In this document: positions 25,724 through 32,000 of the stretch, piece by piece
How positions within the stretch are numbered: position 1 is the stretch's first letter
Layout of the letters: every line of letters begins with the position of its first letter
Assembly (NCBI RefSeq): GCF_000223395.1
Contig: NC_015931.1
Span: forward strand, 1,410,001 to 1,442,000
DNA length: 32,000 nucleotides
From: Pyrolobus fumarii 1A
GTDB lineage: Archaea; Thermoproteota; Thermoprotei_A; Sulfolobales; Pyrodictiaceae
Direction: 5' to 3'
Position numbers and translations under genes: made by a program
The notes under the pieces: model-generated
What the model was told of the DNA's origin: nothing
Seen by the model: only the letters and a program-made list of their open reading frames with translations
Database searches by the model: none

Positions 25724-26488
25724 TCAGAAGATGTCATGGAACCCTCTGAGCTGGAGGAGCAACCTGTATGCGGCGACGCGCTTCTTGTCGACGAAGAGCG
25801 GTGTTAATGCAATCCCGGCTATGAAGCCGCCGATGTGGGCCCAGAAGGCGACACCTGTTGGCAGTCCACCGGTTAACGTGGCCATACCCATGAAAAGCTG
25901 GTAGATGAACCAGAATAGTATGAAGACTCCTGCGGGTACTACCACTGGCATAGGGAAGATCAACCAGAATACCAATGCTCTTATCAACGAACGAGGATAG
26001 AGTAGCAGGTATGCACCGAGTACGGCTGATATTGCACCGCTCGCGCCGATTGCTGGCACAAGCCATGGATCCACGCCAGTAAACGAACGGTAGTTTAGGA
26101 GAGCTTCCGGGGGCATCATGGCGATGCTTAACACGTGGAAGGCCACGGCAACTAACCCGCCAATAACGTAGAAGGCGAGATACCTAGCTGGTCCCATGGT
26201 AGCCTCGATGTTGTCACCAAAGATGTATAGGAATAGCATGTTGCCTAGGAGATGGTCTAAGCCGCCATGGAGAAACATGTGTGTTAGTAGACGGTGTAGC
26301 TCAACACCGTTTACCAGGAGGAAGGGTACAAGGCCATACTTGAGCACGATCTCGTTGTAAGAATGTGCACCTAGTAGACCGGGAGCTAACACGCCAATAA
26401 TGAAAATCGCGACATTGACGGCTATCAGTAGTGGATTGACAAGTGGGCGATGCAGGTAGACGTTCGTATCTTCGATCGGTATTGCCAA
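25724..26488 (-). CDS. rhomboid family intramembrane serine protease
   Basis: HMFLHGGLDHLLGNMLFLYIFG (the HxxxN region), the catalytic GASGAISAVLGAY (GxSG) and a downstream AHIGGFIAG histidine. Confidence 0.9.
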   Translation of the reverse strand: MAIPIEDTNVYLHRPLVNPLLIAVNVAIFIIGVLAPGLLGAHSYNEIVLKYGLVPFLLVNGVELHRLLTHMFLHGGLDHLLGNMLFLYIFGDNIEATMGPARYLAFYVIGGLVAVAFHVLSIAMMPPEALLNYRSFTGVDPWLVPAIGASGAISAVLGAYLLLYPRSLIRALVFWLIFPMPVVVPAGVFILFWFIYQLFMGMATLTGGLPTGVAFWAHIGGFIAGIALTPLFVDKKRVAAYRLLLQLRGFHDIF

Positions 26489-26575
26489 GCTTTACTGCAC
26501 CGGGTTGAAGTAAGCGAAGATACCAGAGTGAGATAAAGGACTTTGGCTATAGCAGTCTCCTGCTGCAAACTTGAG

Positions 26576-27454
26576 ATGAGACTCATGTTGGCGAGGCTGG
26601 GTGGACACCTAGCAATTGTAGAAGCGTTGAAGTTGACAAAGCCTTTGCAAACTATGATGCTCCTTGTAGGGATGTACGCCGGCTTCTACGCGGGTGGTGG
26701 TATCGTCAAACCGCTATGGTTTCACATACTGATAGGTCTGCTCGGTTTCCTCGCGATAGCTGCTACGACCGCAGTCAACATGGTGTATGATGTTGACATT
26801 GATAGTATCATGGAGCGTACACGTAACAGGCCGTTGCCTCGAGGCGTATTTAGTAGGCAGCGGGTGCTCATTCTGGCGACAATCACAATAGTGTTGACAG
26901 CAATAACATCTTGTATACTTGTTAACGTCTACTATGCGGCTGCGATAGTAATAGGTTATCTTTCAGACATCTATGCGTATACTCTCCTTACGAAAAGACA
27001 TACATGGCTAAGTGTGTTTGCAGGTTCGATTGCGGGGGCTTCACCAGCCGTTGGGGGCTATGCTGCTGCAAGGGGTTATGTTGATGTTGATGGTCTGCTT
27101 ATAGGTGCTCTGATAGTTGCGTGGATACCTGCGCACATCTGGTCACTAGTGATACATTATGATGAAGATTATAGGCGTGCACGAATACCAATGCTTCCAG
27201 TGATCAAAGGGTATAGGGTAGGTGTGGTAGGCTCTACGTTGAGTATAGTGTTGACAGTTGCTATAGCAACTGCCATATACGTTAGAGGGCTCATGAGCCC
27301 GGAGTTCTATATCGCGGGTGTTGCTGCGGGTAGCGCTGCTGTGTTAATGCTATTGAGAAGGTGTAGGCCGGGCAGTTGCATTAAGACGTTTAGAGTGGTT
27401 AATATGGTGCTTATGCTCTTTCTCCTAGGCGCGGTGCTGTCTAGTATTCTCTGA
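26576..27454 (+). CDS. ctaB: protoheme IX farnesyltransferase (heme O synthase), UbiA superfamily
   Basis: LKLTKP N-terminal motif and NMVYDVDIDSIMERTRNRPLPRG (NxxxDxxxD...MxRT..RPL). 9 TM. Alternative starts at TTG 26543 and ATG 26585. Confidence 0.85.
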   Translation: MRLMLARLGGHLAIVEALKLTKPLQTMMLLVGMYAGFYAGGGIVKPLWFHILIGLLGFLAIAATTAVNMVYDVDIDSIMERTRNRPLPRGVFSRQRVLILATITIVLTAITSCILVNVYYAAAIVIGYLSDIYAYTLLTKRHTWLSVFAGSIAGASPAVGGYAAARGYVDVDGLLIGALIVAWIPAHIWSLVIHYDEDYRRARIPMLPVIKGYRVGVVGSTLSIVLTVAIATAIYVRGLMSPEFYIAGVAAGSAAVLMLLRRCRPGSCIKTFRVVNMVLMLFLLGAVLSSIL

Positions 27455-28505
27455 GAGCTATCCACTCCTCTAGTAGCAGCTGTTCGACACTGCTTGGTAT
27501 GGTGCCGCTCCTCTTCGGCAGGTATATTCGAAAACTCTTCTTTGTTCGAGGTGAGGAGGGAGTCTCTCTCCTATAGATGTAGAAGGGTTCGCGCAGTGCG
27601 TTTATAGAGCGGAACGCCTCTATGACGGCATTTACAGCTTCGTCAAAGTCGGTGGCTTTGCGGATAGCGCTTAGAAACTCTACACGCCTATAACCGCGGT
27701 TCAAGCAAGCTGTTACCTCTCCATAGGGCGTGATGCGCACCCTTGTGCACCCTGCACAAAAAACGGGGTTACCCACTGGCCCGACAACCTCTACTTCAAC
27801 GCCGTTATCCATTTCTAATATCACTCGATTGTGAAGGTCGCTTCTATACTTAATGTGCCTAGTGCGCTTCTCCAGCCTTTTGATTATCTGGGTGTAAGGC
27901 TCGTGGAACTTGTCAAACGTATTCTTATCGATATTGACTGGGTGTAGCTCTATAATCTGGAGCTTAGCGTTAATCTTGGCAGCGAAGTCTATCAGGTCCT
28001 CTATCTCATCTGTGTTTAAGCCGCGCAGGGCAACTACATTGATTTTTATGCCTAATCCTGCCTCGTGTGCAGCGAACAAACCATCTAGTACGTTCTTGAG
28101 GCCATCGACGCCAGTTATCGCGCGAAACCTTTCCGGTCTAAGCGAGTGTAAGCTAACGTTAACCCGTCTCACACCGTACTCTGCAAGACCCTGTGCATAC
28201 CTAGCTAGGAAGTACGCGTTAGTCGTCATAGATATCTCGGCCCTAGGATTGTAAGCATGTAGAGCCTTCACGACCTCGAGTATATCATGACGTACCAGGG
28301 GCTCTCCGCCAGTTATCTTATAGCTTATGACACCAACGCGTTTAGCCGCCTCAGAGACGATCGCGTAATCCTCAGGTTTCATCTCTTCCCTATCGCGCGG
28401 CTCCATACCCTCCGAGTGGCAAAAGAAGCAACGAAAGTTGCATCTTAGCGTGACCACAAACCGTACGTTCAGTAATGGACGCCCGTATCTATCCCAAAGG
28501 GGCAC
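27441..28505 (-). CDS. moaA: GTP 3',8-cyclase (molybdenum cofactor biosynthesis protein A)
   Basis: LRCNFRCFFCH radical SAM motif, ITGGEPL and a C-terminal CxxCxRxR cluster region (FCAGCTRVRITPYG). It has a C-terminal extension of about 40 aa relative to what I expect. Confidence 0.9.
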   Translation of the reverse strand: MPLWDRYGRPLLNVRFVVTLRCNFRCFFCHSEGMEPRDREEMKPEDYAIVSEAAKRVGVISYKITGGEPLVRHDILEVVKALHAYNPRAEISMTTNAYFLARYAQGLAEYGVRRVNVSLHSLRPERFRAITGVDGLKNVLDGLFAAHEAGLGIKINVVALRGLNTDEIEDLIDFAAKINAKLQIIELHPVNIDKNTFDKFHEPYTQIIKRLEKRTRHIKYRSDLHNRVILEMDNGVEVEVVGPVGNPVFCAGCTRVRITPYGEVTACLNRGYRRVEFLSAIRKATDFDEAVNAVIEAFRSINALREPFYIYRRETPSSPRTKKSFRIYLPKRSGTIPSSVEQLLLEEWIALREY

Positions 28506-28692
28506 TAGCCACGACCCCTAACGGGACACAAGAAGTGTGAGGTTTATTCAAGATTATACGGGTTTGAAGTTGAGGAAGTCCAATCCCCAAGACTCAGGGC
28601 ATTATCGCTGGATTAAAGAGAGGTGGCAACCGGGCACCTCTTTGGTAGAGGCGCATAGAGCGCGGGCGCCAAGGCAGCGGTGGTGAGCACAC

Positions 28693-28920
28693 ATGGAGCA
28701 ACGCGTGTTATGCCCGCGGTGTGGCGGCAATATGACCTACTTTATCGAGGTTGAAGGCGGGAACAGTAAACGAGTGCACTATTACTACAAGTGTGTTGTC
28801 TGTGGCTACAAGCTAGACGATTTGGTTCTTGTTGTCAGACGCAAGGATAGACGCATCGAAATCGAGGCTCTAGAACCGCAGCGCCAACTAGTATACCCGA
28901 TTAACGTCGTGCGAAAATAA
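28693..28920 (+). CDS. small zinc-ribbon protein (75 aa)
   Basis: CPRCGG ... CVVCGY four-Cys ribbon. ATG preceded by GGTGGTGAG (SD). Confidence 0.55.
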   Translation: MEQRVLCPRCGGNMTYFIEVEGGNSKRVHYYYKCVVCGYKLDDLVLVVRRKDRRIEIEALEPQRQLVYPINVVRK

Positions 28921-28942
28921 ACGGAGGTGGTATAGGCGCGCC

Positions 28943-29569
28943 TTGAGGTTTTTGCACGCCATAGCCAAACTGTTTCGCACCATTCGCGAGATACCACGTC
29001 TCGCTTCAATGGTTGGTGCAGAGAGCATAGCCAGACGTATGTTCGTAACCAATGCTTTTGACGGTCTATTATCGGCGCTGGGCATTATACTTGGATTGTA
29101 CATAGCGGGAATGAGCGTGCCGCAATCGTACATAGGTGCCGTTGCAGGCGGGTCGGGTGTCATGGGGCTTTTCAGTGGTTTCGTAGCAACATATCTATCG
29201 GAACGTGCTGAGAGGCTTAGAGAGCTGCGCGAAACAGAACGTGTTATGCTTCATAGTCTTGAGGGTAGCGTATACTGGCGCGCGGCGCGCCTGGTACCCA
29301 TATACGTTGCCTTCTGGAGCGCTATGGGTGCAACGCTACCGCCGCTACTCTCAACAACACCCTTCATTCTAGCAGCGTATTCAGGTGTTCTTGTTACACT
29401 TCATCACATTGCAGCCTCGATATCGCTGATACTCGTGTTCATGTACACGCTTGGCTTCTACATGGGTAAGATTAGTGGCGAGAATCCTTGGCTAAGCGGT
29501 CTACGCTTTCTGTCGATAGGGGTTGGCGCCACACTATTCATGAGCACCCTCAAGTTGATAGTCGGTTAA
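28943..29569 (+). CDS. VIT1/CCC1-family-like membrane protein (putative Fe/Mn transporter)
   Basis: RRMFVTNAFDGLLSALGIILGLY resembles the family's N-terminal GxxDG-type helix. A central charged helix (ERAERLRELRETE) is followed by C-terminal TM helices. TTG at 28943 or ATG at 29009. Confidence 0.55.
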   Translation: MRFLHAIAKLFRTIREIPRLASMVGAESIARRMFVTNAFDGLLSALGIILGLYIAGMSVPQSYIGAVAGGSGVMGLFSGFVATYLSERAERLRELRETERVMLHSLEGSVYWRAARLVPIYVAFWSAMGATLPPLLSTTPFILAAYSGVLVTLHHIAASISLILVFMYTLGFYMGKISGENPWLSGLRFLSIGVGATLFMSTLKLIVG

Positions 29570-29707
29570 TGTGCGGGCCTCAGGCCAGCGAAGAGTGCAT
29601 CATCGTTCAGCTCCGCCGGAATACCTCATCGGCCCTTTGTAGGATTCGTGTCCAAGACTCCGGTATTAATCTGGGCGTCGGATTGTGGGGCAACGGGGGT
29701 TGCCACC

Positions 29708-30982
29708 ATGAAGCCCGAAAAGCTAATCTTTCTTGTACTCGACGGCGTCGCTGACTCTATAACGCAGCACGAGCCCACAGCCCTAGAGGCGGCTGAAAAA
29801 CCAGCACTAGATTCTCTCGCAAAACACGCTGTCTATGGGCTTGTCTATCCTGTTGCTCCCGGTGTGGCACCGGAAAGTGATGTTGCTGTTCTTTCATTAC
29901 TAGGGTACGAGCCAGAGAAGTACTATACAGGTAGAGGTCCACTTGAAGCGCTTGGGGCCGGGCTGGAGATCAAAGAGGGTTACGAGGTGGCATTTAGAGG
30001 CAACTTCGCTACCATTGACGAGTCCACCCTGAAGATAATCGATAGGCGTGTTGGGCGTAGCCTGACGAGTGAGGAAGCGCGTAAGCTTGCAGAATCTCTG
30101 GATGGAATGGAGCTGAGTGGGGGCGGTTACGCTAGGGTTCGAGCAACTGTTGGTCATAGGGTTGTTGTGATAATAGGTAGTAAAGTGAACAGACTTAGCG
30201 ATCAAGTCGAGAATATCGACCCCGCCTATGTAAGGAAAGGGTTAGTTTCGGTTGCAGTGCCAAACCCGGACATGAGGCTAAGGAAGTGTAAACCACTTGT
30301 CGATGCGCCAGAGGCAAGGGAAACATGTAGGCTCGTTGACGAATTCGTTGCGCGTGCAATAGAAGTGCTCTCTAAGCACCCCATCAACGTTGAGAGAGAA
30401 AGAAAGGGGTTGTTGAAAGCTAATGCCGTCATACTGCGTGATGCGGGTGGAAGACTTCCACGTATGCCGAAGCTGCAGGACATTTATGGTCGCAAGTTTG
30501 CCGCCGTTGTGGAGATGCCCGTTGAGCGTGGAATAGCTAAGGCGGCTGGCATGAAGATAGTTGAGGTTAACCCGCCCAGCGGTGATCTTAGGCGTGACCT
30601 CCCAGAGCGATTAGATGCCACGCTGCGCGGCCTAGAAGAGGCTGATGTAGTTTACGTTCATCTGAAAGGTCCAGACGAGCCTGGTCACGACGGCGACTTT
30701 GAGCGTAAAAAGAAGGCTGTTGAGTTGATAGATGAGCTGTTCGTGGCGCCACTACTGGAGAAGGTTGATCTCGAACGAGTAGCAATCCTCGTTACTGCAG
30801 ACCACGCTACACCATGGCCGCTGAAGAGTCATAGTGGCGACCCAGTACCCTTCATTCTATCGTGGAAAGGGTTCAGTGGAGGTCCAGGCGTATTCAATGA
30901 ACGTGCTTGCAAGAATGGTATCAAGTTAGAGCATGGGTGGCAACTCCTGCCTTTTACTGTCGAGAAGCTAGGATGGAAGTGA
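29708..30982 (+). CDS. apgM: 2,3-bisphosphoglycerate-independent phosphoglycerate mutase, archaeal type
   Basis: KLIFLVLDGVAD N-terminal metal motif, YVHLKGPDEPGHDG and TADHATP. The ORF track begins at 29648, but the conserved N-terminus fits ATG 29708. Confidence 0.9.
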   Translation: MKPEKLIFLVLDGVADSITQHEPTALEAAEKPALDSLAKHAVYGLVYPVAPGVAPESDVAVLSLLGYEPEKYYTGRGPLEALGAGLEIKEGYEVAFRGNFATIDESTLKIIDRRVGRSLTSEEARKLAESLDGMELSGGGYARVRATVGHRVVVIIGSKVNRLSDQVENIDPAYVRKGLVSVAVPNPDMRLRKCKPLVDAPEARETCRLVDEFVARAIEVLSKHPINVERERKGLLKANAVILRDAGGRLPRMPKLQDIYGRKFAAVVEMPVERGIAKAAGMKIVEVNPPSGDLRRDLPERLDATLRGLEEADVVYVHLKGPDEPGHDGDFERKKKAVELIDELFVAPLLEKVDLERVAILVTADHATPWPLKSHSGDPVPFILSWKGFSGGPGVFNERACKNGIKLEHGWQLLPFTVEKLGWK

Positions 30983-31089
30983 GAGGTGCTCAGCAGCGCC
31001 CGGACAGCTTCGGCATCCCCCATGCGGGGCTAGTCTCCGGTCCACCTCAGCATCCAGTAGGATACGACGGAGCGGCAGGTGTTTGAGCC

Positions 31090-31983
31090 TTGCGGGTATG
31101 GGATCCCGGGAGAATAACTAGGCTTTCAAAGCTCAGTGTTTATGCGAGATTGGTGCGAGTAGAACACACGCTATTCAGCCTACCCTTTGCCACCATAGGG
31201 CTTTTGGTTGCGCGTGCTACAAACCCGGTGATCTACGCATTGTCTTATCTCGCGCTTTTCGGTTTACGTGCAGCAGCAATGAGTTTCAACAATGTCGCAG
31301 ATGCCGATATAGACGCGTTAAACCCGCGTACTAGCAAAAGGCCCGTTGTAACGGGCATAGTGTCGACGCGCGAAGCGCTGGCAATTACATTGCTAGCAAT
31401 CATGTTATACTTCGCCGCAGCATACTCTATCTGTATACCTGCTCTGCTTTACGCGACGCCGCTCTTACTGCTAGCCCTATCCTACCCCTATGCAAAGCGT
31501 GTGCATCCACTGCCTCACTTGCATCTAGGGCTAGTCCTGGGAATGTCCGTATTCGGCGGATGGGTTGCAGGCATGTGTAGCACGTCGTGTACCGGTGCTA
31601 ACCTTTCTCTCAGTAACGCGCCATGGCTCATAGTATTTGGGGTCGCTCTCTGGGTCGCCGGCTTCGACGTGATATACTCGACCATGGACTACGAGTTCGA
31701 TAAAAGGATAGGCCTCGGCAGTATACCAGCCCTCCTCGGCCCTGAGCGTGCACTCAAAATAGCTGTGATGCTGGAGTGTTTAGCTGCAAGCCTATGGACA
31801 CTGGGCGCACTCTTGTACTCCGGGATTTTTGCGGCAATAACCAGCCTAGCCGCCGGTACAGTGGCCGTAGGTGCATCTCTACTTGCGCTCAAAAGTACAG
31901 ATAATATACCGAAAGCTTTCAACATGAATCTAGCCGTGGGGTTCATCGCCCTACCCGGCTTTGTGCTAGATATGGTGGCCTAA
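31090..31983 (+). CDS. UbiA-family aromatic prenyltransferase (4-hydroxybenzoate polyprenyltransferase-like)
   Basis: VRVEHTLFSLPFA N-terminal motif, NNVADADIDALNPRTSKRPVVTG (NxxxDxxxD) and a second Asp-rich motif DVIYSTMDYEFD. 8-9 TM. TTG start. Confidence 0.85.
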   Translation: MRVWDPGRITRLSKLSVYARLVRVEHTLFSLPFATIGLLVARATNPVIYALSYLALFGLRAAAMSFNNVADADIDALNPRTSKRPVVTGIVSTREALAITLLAIMLYFAAAYSICIPALLYATPLLLLALSYPYAKRVHPLPHLHLGLVLGMSVFGGWVAGMCSTSCTGANLSLSNAPWLIVFGVALWVAGFDVIYSTMDYEFDKRIGLGSIPALLGPERALKIAVMLECLAASLWTLGALLYSGIFAAITSLAAGTVAVGASLLALKSTDNIPKAFNMNLAVGFIALPGFVLDMVA

Positions 31984-32000
31984 GCTGGTCTTTCAGGACC

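Noticed and set aside
1-32000. CRISPR arrays, rRNA or tRNA genes, and IS elements.
   Set aside because: I saw no regularly spaced direct repeats, no canonical T-loop/acceptor combinations in the intergenic regions, and no transposase-like ORFs on either strand.

Overview
The window looks like chromosomal DNA from a hyperthermophilic crenarchaeon, possibly of the Desulfurococcales or Pyrodictiaceae type. I infer this from an archaeal AglB/STT3, an archaeal-type NMN adenylyltransferase, an archaeal cofactor-independent phosphoglycerate mutase, GGAGGTG-type Shine-Dalgarno motifs inside operons, C/D box sRNA signatures and an ORB-like box.

About 40 protein genes are packed tightly. They include:
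- serS
- a RavA/MoxR-like AAA+ ATPase with its VWA partner
- a PflX-type radical SAM protein
- a nine-gene minus-strand operon ending in pyrF-pyrB-pyrI-pyrK-pyrC-pyrD
- argF, aglB, an NMNAT plus NAD-kinase-like pair, a rhomboid protease, heme O synthase, moaA, apgM and a second UbiA prenyltransferase

I found no rRNA, tRNA, CRISPR array, transposase or integrase.

The most interesting signals are:
1. A 327-bp AT-rich non-coding gap (15947-16273) carrying palindromes and an origin-recognition-box-like element. It sits next to a double winged-helix (WhiP/Cdt1-like) gene, at the point where gene orientation bias switches, so it is a candidate replication origin.
2. A canonical C/D box sRNA (15606-15661, minus strand) lying in the 5' leader of a metalloprotease-like gene, with its D box overlapping that gene's start codon.
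3. pyrF, whose conserved N-terminal strand is encoded upstream of any canonical start codon. The only candidate start is a CTG in a CTGA overlap with the cutA stop.
4. A tightly coupled operon of small uncharacterised proteins (21.4-23.3 kb) ending in a Cys-rich wHTH protein.

All functional calls rest on motifs I recognised by eye, with no database search. Start codons are often ambiguous.
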